From positions 64,001-128,000 of the IMG/VR virus record IMGVR_UViG_3300045988_117466: a stretch of 64,000 nucleotides of DNA. One strand, given 5' to 3'. The translations under genes were made by a program, and so were the position numbers. A model generated the notes under the pieces. That model did not search any database. It was not told the origin of the DNA and saw only the letters and a program-made list of their open reading frames with translations. Numbering within the stretch: position 1 is the first letter of the stretch; every line of letters starts with the position of its first letter. Of the stretch, positions 50,600 to 59,411 are shown piece after piece. The stretch comes from a virus.

Positions 50600-52330
50600 A
50601 TCGAAGTCGCAGCCGTTAAGTGATTCACATGTATTGTCCCAATTGTTGATCACACAAATGGATGGGAGATACTGGAACCAATATGAAAGCTGCTCATTGT
50701 TCTTCACTTTAAGATTGACGATATTGTAATGGCTTGTCATTGGAGCTCTGAAACAAGCTACTTCATCAACCTGTCTATCAACCCAATGCTTGTGATACAT
50801 TTCTCCTGCTTTAAGTAATCCTGTGACTTCAAGCCCAAACATAGACTGCATGAGAGCATATGGATCACCAGCAACGATTGAATAATTACCTTTCACTTTG
50901 ATGCGTCCAATCTTAGCATCTTGGATTCGTTTCTTAATGAGCGAATGAATCTTAGATCGAATGAAAGGATCTTTGATCATCTCAGGTTCAGCTATGAGTG
51001 CCTGGATGTATGTAAAAGCATCTGACTGTAAGATGTTCTTCTCAGTCATATTCTTACCTCGTAGGAAGAGCAGAGTCTTTCTGTAATCCATTCCAAGAAT
51101 GTCTTTGATCTCTTTTATGGTTGGCTCACAAAGCTCTCTTATTTGGGCGTCTGTGAGGTGATAGCTCTGTAAGAACTGATAGTTAAGATTTCTTTCAGTA
51201 TCACATTCTTGTTCAGCTGTCTTGGCAAGAGCAAAGTGATAATCATACTTCTCAATGTTCTCTAAGTAGTCTTCCATGGAATCATATGCGTCCCAGAGTT
51301 TAAACATAGATGTTGTAAGTATCACCTGAGCGTCTCTAACGTCCCTAGGATGGCCCCAAGCATCAATAATGGTATAAGTGTTGGCTACGTTCTCTGCAAA
51401 GGCTCTAAAGTCCATACAGTGAAGCATACCTTTACAGAATGGCCAACCTCTCATGTTGCCAGATGGAAGAGGAGTATCATAATCTCCATTCAGTTCACCA
51501 TTCCATTGCTTTGCAAGTTCTGGAAGAACTAATCCTTCTCCATCAGATCCATTGTGCACAAACTCTTGGTTATCAAGAAGAGTTACTTCTGGTTCATCTG
51601 AGTTTGTATCATCCACATAAAGAGCTTGTCCCTTAAAGACCGTCTCACAATCTTGTACAACAATCACTCCTGATGGTGGAGTAACAACTGTAGAAGAAGA
51701 GCAGAAGAGTGCTTTGTATGCTCCAAGCTTGTGAGTTATGATCGGAACCTCTTTGTTCCTTCCTGCATCTACTTTCTCACAGAGAGTATCGTACACGTTG
51801 TCACTGACAAAGATTACAACACTGTTCTTTAATCCTCCTGTAGTTCCTAAGAAGAGATTGTAGTGAAGATCGTTTACAATGAATCCATGCTTGCTACAGT
51901 AGTCATAATCTTTCTTTGTGTCGAAGACCACTGTGAGGTAGTCTGTTTGGAATCGACATTTGTACAAGTCATTGTAGAGTAGTGAGATAAGTTCTTTGCT
52001 TCCTCTGTTGGCTGAAAGCTCTTTGATCTTCTTTCGGATTCTTTTTGCTCTTATGTCTGAATCATAGTCATGGATTAATGAGTCGATTGTTCTTAATGCT
52101 TCAGAGCTTGAAAGAGTAATAATGTCATCTCCATTCTCCCTCGCTTCATTGAGTGGTAGAGAAAGTTTCCACTTCGCCTTTCTTAACCGGCTGCTGTGTA
52201 GTTTGTAAATATATTTCTGACTCGTCTTTTGCTTAGAAATAATGATCACTCCTTTTTTGATTTTTGTGTATGTTTTTACAGTAAATTGGAAAAATATGGA
52301 AAGCGAGTATATTTTCATATAAATACTCAT
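50600..52330 (-). CDS. Two-barrel (YonO/QDE-1-like) RNA polymerase, exon 1 (start uncertain)
   Basis: Ends ..ACFRAPMTSHYNIVNLKV..NWDNTCESLNGCDFD|. The only SD (AGGAG 52253-52249) is followed by ATC/ATT/ATT at 52246-52238. The upstream ATGs lack an SD. Confidence 0.6.
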
Positions 52331-52443
52331 TGTTACTACGTAACAACAAGTATTTTATAAAAATAGGATAATTAAATATTATATAATACTTAATTTTAGT
52401 AATGTATTAATAGTTTCAGACTTATCTTGAAACAAATGTCGAT

Positions 52444-52463
52444 TTTATGCGGGTTTAAGAACC
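52444..52463 (+). repeat. Direct repeat TTTATGCGGGTTTAAGAACC (partner at 54420-54438)
   Basis: 13-nt exact core TTTATGCGGGTTT plus similar flanks. Overlaps the stop of ORF 52455-53585. Confidence 0.5.
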
Positions 52464-53585
52464 TATTCGAGGTTTACAGCCGGCCATCATTGTCCAATGA
52501 TTTTGGCCCCCTTTGTAAAGAAAATCGACAACCTTTCGAACATCCGTTCCATACCTTGAAAATTTCTTTTTCCAGTAATCTATGGTAGATAAAGTATATA
52601 CATGAACTAATTCTTCATCGATTTCAAGTTCTGTTGACTGAGGAAGAAATTGATGAAATTTGAATTTCATTGACATATCGTTGATTAATTTATCCTTCCT
52701 GGACTGAGCAAGTTTGAGAACTTTTGGTTTCAAATTGTGCTGCAGTCTTTTTTGATACATATAAAAATCAAACTCTTTTAGGTATGAATGTTCATCTGGA
52801 TAAAGATATTCTGGCTCGATCACAAACCTATAATATAAACCTTGGAACTCAGGATAAGATGTAAGTATTTCCCGAAACTTTGGATATACTTCTGGATAAA
52901 TCTTAGCCGTTTCGATCTCAATGGAGCGTGCCGTATTAAAGGTTTTTCGTAAAGCCTGTTCATACAAGTACCGTTCTCGTTTGGTAAATTCTCTTAGAGG
53001 TTCATCTATAGTTCTTCTACACACAATACGTGTTCTTCTTTTAATGATTCCTCTTTTTTCCATATTTACCAAAGTGTCATGCAATCTTGTATGTGCGATT
53101 TGTTTCATACAGTCATATGCCACCTCAAAATAAGATGGAGAATATTTAAATTCACTCAGATCATAATCTTTTCTGTTTGCCACCAAGAGACCAAGTACTT
53201 CACACCATTTGTTTTTATCCCAGTTTTCATTGATGTGATTATCTAAGATATGAATGATCATCATTTCCAACATATATCCTGTACTCATAAATGGCTTCCT
53301 AAGTTCCCAAGAGAATGGGTTCTCAACCAACTCACCTTTGACCTTTGTGATTTTAATTTGTCCATCTTTTTGTTTCTGAGTGCATAAGAAGTAATCGAGC
53401 TTTTCTTTATAATACGCATATTTGTTTTTCCTTGCTTCTTTACTAATGCCAGCCATTTGAAGAATTTCGCCGTAATTTTTGTACTTTGTACCCTTTTTAA
53501 ATCCTGACATATCGAACAAGTGCTGTCTTTCTTGCTGGAACCATGATTGTTCTGTTAGATATTCGTTTCTTTCTTGTATCGTCAT
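52455..53585 (-). CDS. Hypothetical protein with a wHTH-like segment; first gene of the minus-strand block
   Basis: 376-aa ORF with AAGGAGG SD. ..LHDTLVNMEKRGIIKRRTRIV.. looks winged-helix-like (weak). Confidence 0.35.
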   Translation of the reverse strand: MTIQERNEYLTEQSWFQQERQHLFDMSGFKKGTKYKNYGEILQMAGISKEARKNKYAYYKEKLDYFLCTQKQKDGQIKITKVKGELVENPFSWELRKPFMSTGYMLEMMIIHILDNHINENWDKNKWCEVLGLLVANRKDYDLSEFKYSPSYFEVAYDCMKQIAHTRLHDTLVNMEKRGIIKRRTRIVCRRTIDEPLREFTKRERYLYEQALRKTFNTARSIEIETAKIYPEVYPKFREILTSYPEFQGLYYRFVIEPEYLYPDEHSYLKEFDFYMYQKRLQHNLKPKVLKLAQSRKDKLINDMSMKFKFHQFLPQSTELEIDEELVHVYTLSTIDYWKKKFSRYGTDVRKVVDFLYKGGQNHWTMMAGCKPRIGS

Positions 53586-54120
53586 TTTTTGACCTCCTTT
53601 GTGTTGTTTGCTTTTGTTAATTCAATGAAAAAGTGCATTTGTCTGAGCAATGACACTTTTCTTTCGATGAATTCACATTACCATAGATGTAGAGTAAAAT
53701 CAATAGTTTTTTGAAGAAAAAATAAAATTGTGTGAGTAATGACACTTTTTATTTCATTTAAGTACGTTTAAGGAGGCTTAGACTAGGATTTTTGTGTCAA
53801 GTGTTTTTTGAAAATTTCTTAAAATAATGTTTTCTTTGGCTGTTTTACTGGGCTTGTTCTGGATTTTTCTTTAACTCATTGTACTTATATAGGTAGAAAT
53901 ATGGCTGTTTTATGCGATTGTACAAAAATAAAATAAATTAATTTTTTATACGCTAAAGTATTGACTTTTGAAAAATCAAGTGTTTTTTGAAAGAAATTTA
54001 AAAAAATTTTTACCGTGTGGATTTCTCAGAGAGGGTGTTTGCATTTATATAAGAAGAGCCTGGTTTTTGAAAAAATTTCAGAAAAGTGGGTTTAAAGCAG
54101 AACAGGTGTTCTATATTTTA

Positions 54121-54270
54121 GAGTGTGTTAAGAGGTGCGTTTCTGGGGAAAGTTTTTATGAGGGGGGAGGGGTGTATGTGTGGTGTTCGGAAAGAAATGT
54201 GGAGGATGTTTTTAGAGGGTTTTGAGGGGTTAAGTGGCGTAGATGTGGGGTGGAGAAACGTCTGGCTGAA
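54121..54270 (+). other. G/T-rich, nearly C-free island with six G3-G6 tracts
   Basis: ..CTGGGGAAAG..ATGAGGGGGGAGGGGTG..AGAGGGTTTTGAGGGGTT..GATGTGGGGTGGAG.. in an otherwise AT-rich genome. Confidence 0.6.
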
Positions 54271-54419
54271 CTTGTGGTATAGAATTACCAGCTATACGAA
54301 TATCAGCAAAACTGCGATTTAAAAATAGTTTTAAGTAGCCCCCTAAACACTTTTAAAAGTCTGTAAATAACTATTTACTTGCGTTTTTGATCAGAAATAG
54401 ATAGTCAAAAAAGCACGTA

Positions 54420-54438
54420 TTTATGCGGGTTTGAGACC
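54420..54438 (+). repeat. Direct repeat TTTATGCGGGTTTGAGACC (partner at 52444-52463)
   Basis: See partner. A shorter TTTTATGCG lies near 53906. Confidence 0.5.
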
Positions 54439-54946
54439 GTTTGAAAAGATTTTTAAAAATATTTTTTTTAGGGTATTGCAAAATTTTGGTGGGCATGGTC
54501 TTATACAGTTGTTCCAAGGGACAAGGAACTAAAACAAAAGTTCAAAAATTTAAAAAGAAAGAAGATGATAAAAGCCCAGTGCGTGGGCAGAACGCACGAA
54601 CAAACGAAAAATTGAAAATCTTTCCTAAAGTAGGCGTTCCCTACCACTAAGAAAGTAGTCATAGGTACAGCGACTATAAACCAGTACCCGCACTTTGACA
54701 AAATAATACTCTTTTCAAGTCTTTGGCGGTTAGTCCGTCAATCACATGGTTAGTCCATGCCCCAAAAGACCTGAATCGTTAGGTATCGACATACGCAAAA
54801 ACTCTACTTTGCTACAAGTGGACTTTGCCAAAAAATCGGTTTTGATTCTATATCGGGAAAATACAGTAGCAGGAAATTTGCCCTTTGACGTTGGAACGTA
54901 TTACGTCCAACTCATAAACAATTATTTTAGTTTGTTGAGTCTTGAA

Positions 54947-55034
54947 CTCAATTAGCCAACAGGTGGCAATCCTACGCAATAACTCTATCCTTTTTTAGAG
55001 TTTGGGTTAATCGGTTCGACTCCGATAGTTGAGA
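54947..55034 (+). ncRNA. tRNA-like element 1 (acceptor + D-arm + T-arm, no standard anticodon arm)
   Basis: CTCAATT/AGTTGAG acceptor, GCCA-ACAGG-TGGC, ATCGG-TTCGACT-CCGAT. The middle is a 7-bp hairpin with an 8-nt loop plus a 15-nt spacer. Confidence 0.4.
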
Positions 55035-55092
55035 TTTAACCAATAACAATGTTTTTAGCTGACACACTTAGTCAGCAGATAGGAGAATTATT

Positions 55093-55968
55093 ATGTTAAA
55101 TATCAAAACTTACAACAAAACAACAGCTTCTTTTGACAGCACAATCAACATGGTTGAACCTAAGAACCTTATCAAAGAAGAGTCAGACAACTTTGCTACA
55201 GCTGTACAGGTACAGGCTATGCACTGGACTTTTTGCAACGCTCGCAACAAGTGTGATGATATTCGTAAAGAATACCCACAGTTTGATACTTTAAAAGATG
55301 ATGATATTTCTAAGTTATCAGCAGAAGAAGTATCTGCTTACAGTAAATATCTTGAGAATAAAGCTGTTGTCACAGCTTATGAAAACTATAGCTTCACAGA
55401 AGAAGAACAGGAACTACTCAAAAGACACGACAAACTGCCAACCATGGTAAGATTTTACGCAAGCTTTCTGTCTAGTGACGAGGGTATTTGTATGAATGGA
55501 TTCGACAGCATTTACAAGAAATGCCGTAGTTTATTCAATGATTACATTCTTACAGACACAACAGACGCTATGAATTCTGACGAGAGCTTCAAAGCTCTGC
55601 GTAAAGAAATTGTTACATGGTATAACAATCTGTTCAAACTCGCAGAAGACAACGAGTATCTTACAGCACGTGGTTCATCTATCAGCAAAGTGTCAGCTTC
55701 TTTTGTAAAGCTCTTAGTATCTGACTTTAAAGTCCCTGCTAAGCTCAATAGAAAAACTGGAAAAGCTGAGATTGGTTCATACAGACAGATGAAAACTTGC
55801 AAGAAAATTTTCCGTACATACATTCTTGCAAAAGTACAGAATCTGTCTTTAGACGAAGCAAAGAAAGCTATTCAGGACGCAATCAGCAAAGAAACAAACA
55901 AAGTGGAATCAGAGTCTAAAAAAGACGAAGTAGTTAAAGATGCAGACACAACAGAAGAAACAAAATAG
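55093..55968 (+). CDS. Hypothetical early protein
   Basis: 291-aa ORF with AGGAG SD. Confidence 0.5.
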   Translation: MLNIKTYNKTTASFDSTINMVEPKNLIKEESDNFATAVQVQAMHWTFCNARNKCDDIRKEYPQFDTLKDDDISKLSAEEVSAYSKYLENKAVVTAYENYSFTEEEQELLKRHDKLPTMVRFYASFLSSDEGICMNGFDSIYKKCRSLFNDYILTDTTDAMNSDESFKALRKEIVTWYNNLFKLAEDNEYLTARGSSISKVSASFVKLLVSDFKVPAKLNRKTGKAEIGSYRQMKTCKKIFRTYILAKVQNLSLDEAKKAIQDAISKETNKVESESKKDEVVKDADTTEETK

Positions 55969-55991
55969 ATACCTCCAAAATTGTAATAGAC

Positions 55992-56041
55992 AGCACGACC
56001 GATAGGCGGTATAGGCAGAGTTCGACTCTCTGCCCGTGCTT
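55992..56041 (+). ncRNA. tRNA-like element 2 (about 50 nt, lacks an anticodon arm)
   Basis: AGCACG/CGTGCT acceptor, ACCG-ATAGG-CGGT, GGCAGAG-TTCGACT-CTCTGCC. Confidence 0.4.
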
Positions 56042-56097
56042 TGAAACCAACAAACTACTATCCTACGACCGTAGGACTAAAGAACAGGAGTGAAATT

Positions 56098-56526
56098 ATG
56101 AGACAATTTAGAACTGTCAAGTCATTCAATGAACAACTCCACGGACGAAAACTCCCAAAAGGTGCAGTCTGTGGATGTTACAAGGGTACAACATACTATT
56201 GTACTAACCTTAGCACCTATTGGCTTTATGTACACGTCCGTATCTGGAATGATGATTTTCAGATGTGGGAAGAACTCGACAACAAAGACAATGAATCTAT
56301 TTGTAAGTTCATAGCATCTAAAATCAGACGCTTCCACTTATCAAACAGTGACATTGAGTATCCTTTAGAGTATAAGTCTGCAGACGTATTGCCACGTCAG
56401 AAGATGCCACAAACTTATAGTGGTTATCAATTTAGAGCTGGCAATATGCACAATCGCACCATGACCGACTCAGACGCCATGAGACCGTACCGTTTTAATG
56501 ACGAATACGGTATCAAACCAACATAG
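56098..56526 (+). CDS. Hypothetical early protein
   Basis: ATG at 56098 after CAGGAG. The listed upstream extension lacks an SD and overlaps tRNA-like element 2. Confidence 0.5.
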   Translation: MRQFRTVKSFNEQLHGRKLPKGAVCGCYKGTTYYCTNLSTYWLYVHVRIWNDDFQMWEELDNKDNESICKFIASKIRRFHLSNSDIEYPLEYKSADVLPRQKMPQTYSGYQFRAGNMHNRTMTDSDAMRPYRFNDEYGIKPT

Positions 56527-56539
56527 ACACCTCCAAACT

Positions 56540-56596
56540 CACACTCCTGTGCGTATTCTATGCACATAGTATAGTTGTAAATCGGACAGGAGTGTG
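56540..56596 (+). promoter_or_regulatory. Long hairpin sequestering the SD of the next gene
   Basis: CACACTCCTGT (56540-56550) pairs perfectly with ACAGGAGTGTG (56586-56596). The ATG is at 56600. Confidence 0.5.
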
Positions 56597-56599
56597 ATT

Positions 56600-56803
56600 A
56601 TGACTATATACTACTTGACCTATACGATGGGTATTGACATGACTCCGTTGTCAAACCAGTATACAGTGTATTTTAATTCCAAAGATGCACTGGACACGTT
56701 TATTAATGGGTTTATGAAAAATACCTATCAAGAGGGTTACAACGAGATAATCAGCAAGGGAAAAGCCCACTGGAACTCTTATGGAATCCTCATACCAAAG
56801 TAG
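56600..56803 (+). CDS. Hypothetical small protein
   Basis: 67-aa ORF from ATG 56600. Confidence 0.4.
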   Translation: MTIYYLTYTMGIDMTPLSNQYTVYFNSKDALDTFINGFMKNTYQEGYNEIISKGKAHWNSYGILIPK

Positions 56804-56898
56804 TACTTAGACAGGATGGGATAGTATATCTATCTCATTCTGTGTGAGCAACAAAGGAAATCAATTCTCTGTGACCACAGGGAGAAAGGAAATGAAAC

Positions 56899-57204
56899 AT
56901 GAAAACGAAAAGAGATAACACGTCAACAATACTAGGAATGGTAGCAATGGTGTTTTTGAGTATAGTTCTAATATTAACATTAGTATTTCCATATGTAAGA
57001 AATAAGACAGCTAAGGTAAACACTCGCACAATCAATGGAACTTACAACAACGGAACTATTGTAACTACAGACAACAACGTCTGGAAAGTAACCAACTACA
57101 ATGGAATCAACACAAAAGGAAATCATAAGGTATCTGTCAAGTTTGATACAAAAGGAACTGACAGCGTACTTGATGACGAAATTGTAGAAATTAAAGAGAA
57201 ATAG
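56899..57204 (+). CDS. Single-pass membrane protein
   Basis: GAAAGGAAA box upstream. TM segment ILGMVAMVFLSIVLILTLVF. Confidence 0.5.
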   Translation: MKTKRDNTSTILGMVAMVFLSIVLILTLVFPYVRNKTAKVNTRTINGTYNNGTIVTTDNNVWKVTNYNGINTKGNHKVSVKFDTKGTDSVLDDEIVEIKEK

Positions 57205-57220
57205 AAAGGAAATCAAAGCC

Positions 57221-57406
57221 ATGATGAGCCAAAGATGTAAACAAGAACACTATAAACATATGAAAGGAAGAAAGCGTAAACATAAATACTATATTGTGGA
57301 TACTGGGTGTGAAGCTGGATTCTTTAGGAAGTATAAAGATGCACGCAGATATGCAAGAAAAAACAGAATAGGAATACTTGTACCTAAAATATACAAAGAC
57401 AGATAA
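57221..57406 (+). CDS. Small highly basic protein
   Basis: GAAAGGAAA box upstream. 61 aa, Lys/Arg-rich. Confidence 0.45.
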   Translation: MMSQRCKQEHYKHMKGRKRKHKYYIVDTGCEAGFFRKYKDARRYARKNRIGILVPKIYKDR

Positions 57407-57423
57407 GAAAGGAAACTAAAACC

Positions 57424-58146
57424 ATGACAAAACAGGAAATAGAAATTATCAAAGCAAAAGCAATCACAACTCTTGCAACTTCACTAAATCGAGTTGAACT
57501 AAAAGATAGCCACAAAACAGTTACAAGATGTGAACATAAATGGAAATTTAAATGTAAATCAGATACAGAACACTTCTATGTAGAAAGTATCTTTGATGCT
57601 GTAGATTGGCTGTATGAAGATTTAATTGCGGATGACGAAGAAGAGAAATGGAAACTCAGATTCACAACAAGGGTAGAGCCAAAGATTGTAAGAGATATTT
57701 TGGAGAGTCTAAGTGAATACAGTGAGATTCTTACAGATATGTCAGACACGGCTTGGGGTCTATATCGAGAAAATGGAAATGAAATCCATCTCGGAGAAAA
57801 TAGTGCATATATAGCTGGAGCAGATTTGTTTGACCAGATGCGAGAGAACCTAGAAAATGACTTAAAAGAACAGAGCACTGAAAAGAAAGATAGAATTCAG
57901 GAATCACAGGCAAAAAGCGATATAGGACAATCAGTGCTTACGCAGACTATAGAAGAAGCGAAAAGAGAAGGGGAATATGATGCACTAAGAGAGGTGAATG
58001 GTTTTTGTGCTGTAAAGTTGGCATTCGAAACCAGTTCAGATGCTCAATTAGCATACTTGTATGTGCAAAAACATATTGAAGAGCTAAAAACAAAAAATAG
58101 AAGACAATCAATAAGTCAATACATAGAAAGGAAACTAAGACCATGA
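57424..58146 (+). CDS. Hypothetical acidic early protein
   Basis: GAAAGGAAA box upstream. Shares the IEEAKRE motif with the next gene. Confidence 0.5.
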   Translation: MTKQEIEIIKAKAITTLATSLNRVELKDSHKTVTRCEHKWKFKCKSDTEHFYVESIFDAVDWLYEDLIADDEEEKWKLRFTTRVEPKIVRDILESLSEYSEILTDMSDTAWGLYRENGNEIHLGENSAYIAGADLFDQMRENLENDLKEQSTEKKDRIQESQAKSDIGQSVLTQTIEEAKREGEYDALREVNGFCAVKLAFETSSDAQLAYLYVQKHIEELKTKNRRQSISQYIERKLRP

Positions 58147-58694
58147 GAACAAAAAGAGAATTAATGACAGAAATTTTAGAAACAGCTGTAATCGAATCTG
58201 TAAAATCAGATTGTGAAGTTGTCCATTACGATGTAGAAGTACACGGGGAGATGCACAGATTACAAGTAATTACAGGTCAATTTTTTGTTGAGTTTCATCA
58301 TCTGGAAGATGGAGAGTATGACTACAATTGTCCACACTTAGTCTATACTTTCGATCCATGGGAAATCGAAGAAGCGTTGGATACTTTCTTTATGATGGAT
58401 GGAGAAACAGGAGAACTTCATGTTGACGAAAGCAAAATCGAACTTGGTATTGACTCTGATTTTACACCAGAAGCGAAACCAGAAATCACACGAGAAGATA
58501 TCGAGGAAGCGAAAAGAGAAGCACAGATTGAGATGCTTCATCGTATTAAAACCTATAGCCTTTCTGTAAGTTTTGAAAACGCAAAAAACCTCAACAAAAC
58601 AGGGAACTGCTTTTATGATGGTAAAATAGAAGCATATAAAGACATTAATGAAACGTGTGAAGCTTTGCTATACCGATTAGGAGAAGAAGACTAA
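58143..58694 (+). CDS. Hypothetical acidic early protein
   Basis: GAAAGGAAA box upstream, 4-nt overlap with the upstream gene. IEEAKREAQIEML. Confidence 0.5.
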   Translation: MRTKRELMTEILETAVIESVKSDCEVVHYDVEVHGEMHRLQVITGQFFVEFHHLEDGEYDYNCPHLVYTFDPWEIEEALDTFFMMDGETGELHVDESKIELGIDSDFTPEAKPEITREDIEEAKREAQIEMLHRIKTYSLSVSFENAKNLNKTGNCFYDGKIEAYKDINETCEALLYRLGEED

Positions 58695-58770
58695 AGCAAA
58701 TCAATACATAGAGGGGTAGTGATTTGATATATATCTAGTACAAACTGTATATATTTGTAGCTAGAAAATC

Positions 58771-58810
58771 AGCCTTAGATAGCCAGTAAAGGAAATCTAA
58801 GGCTCTTTTT
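58771..58810 (+). terminator. Intrinsic terminator
   Basis: AGCCTTAGAT..ATCTAAGGCT followed by CTTTTT. Confidence 0.6.
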
Positions 58811-58862
58811 GTATCTATAAATATATTAATTCTTGTGGATGCACAAGAGAAAGGAAGAGCTT

Positions 58863-59135
58863 ATGGGATTAACAAAAAAAGAAATCTGCGAACGCTCAGA
58901 AACCATTGCATATTACAGTGGTTTATGTGGCGTAGAAGTGAAACAAATTACCTATGGAATAGAAGACTACATGTACTGTGAGTCTGGAGCTTGGGGTGGT
59001 GGCAAGAGCTATCACAAACTAAAAATCCAGACAGACAACAAAGGAAATATGTTCGTGAAATTACACGGATATAGACTATTCTTAGATGAATTCATTCGCA
59101 CAGGAAAGGAACAGACAGAGCTATGGGAACAATAA
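58863..59135 (+). CDS. Hypothetical protein
   Basis: ATG at 58863 after GAAAGGAAG. Confidence 0.45.
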   Translation: MGLTKKEICERSETIAYYSGLCGVEVKQITYGIEDYMYCESGAWGGGKSYHKLKIQTDNKGNMFVKLHGYRLFLDEFIRTGKEQTELWEQ

Positions 59136-59410
59136 CATCTTTAACATTGTTTGAACAACAATGCATGGAACAAAAGACATTCAAACTGAAAACACTAAAA
59201 GATTTTGGTCATGCAACTTACAAAGGATTTACACTTCGCAATGGATACAGATATGGAGTCACAGAGGAAGACGGAATCCATGTTGCGACTTCAAACTGGC
59301 AGCAAGGGAACTTCATTTATATGTACTTCTACAATGAATTAACAAGCCAGTGGGAAGGATTATGGATTGACTTAGAAGACGTAGAGATTGTGGAAGAGAA
59401 AGGAAATTAA
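59123..59410 (+). CDS. Hypothetical protein
   Basis: GAAAGGAAC box upstream. 95 aa. Confidence 0.45.
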   Translation: MGTITSLTLFEQQCMEQKTFKLKTLKDFGHATYKGFTLRNGYRYGVTEEDGIHVATSNWQQGNFIYMYFYNELTSQWEGLWIDLEDVEIVEEKGN

Positions 59411-59411
59411 G

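Larger units (their letters stand above)
53586..55092. other. 1.5-kb ORF-free divergence zone between the minus and plus gene blocks
   Basis: No ORF has an SD. Contains palindromes, repeated TTTTTTGAAA boxes, a G-rich island and a tRNA-like 3' end. Confidence 0.7.

Noticed and set aside
53968-54322. ORFs 53968-54225 and 54125-54322 (and 54441-54650) in the divergence zone.
   Set aside because: They have no SD and non-ATG or weak starts. Their Gly/Trp/Val-rich translation simply reflects the G/T-rich island. They are treated as non-coding.
54947-55034. Calling tRNA-like element 1 a genuine tRNA, possibly with an 8-nt anticodon loop.
   Set aside because: A 15-nt spacer lies between the D-arm and the only candidate anticodon stem, and the loop is 8 nt. 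No standard cloverleaf can be drawn, so it is reported only as tRNA-like.
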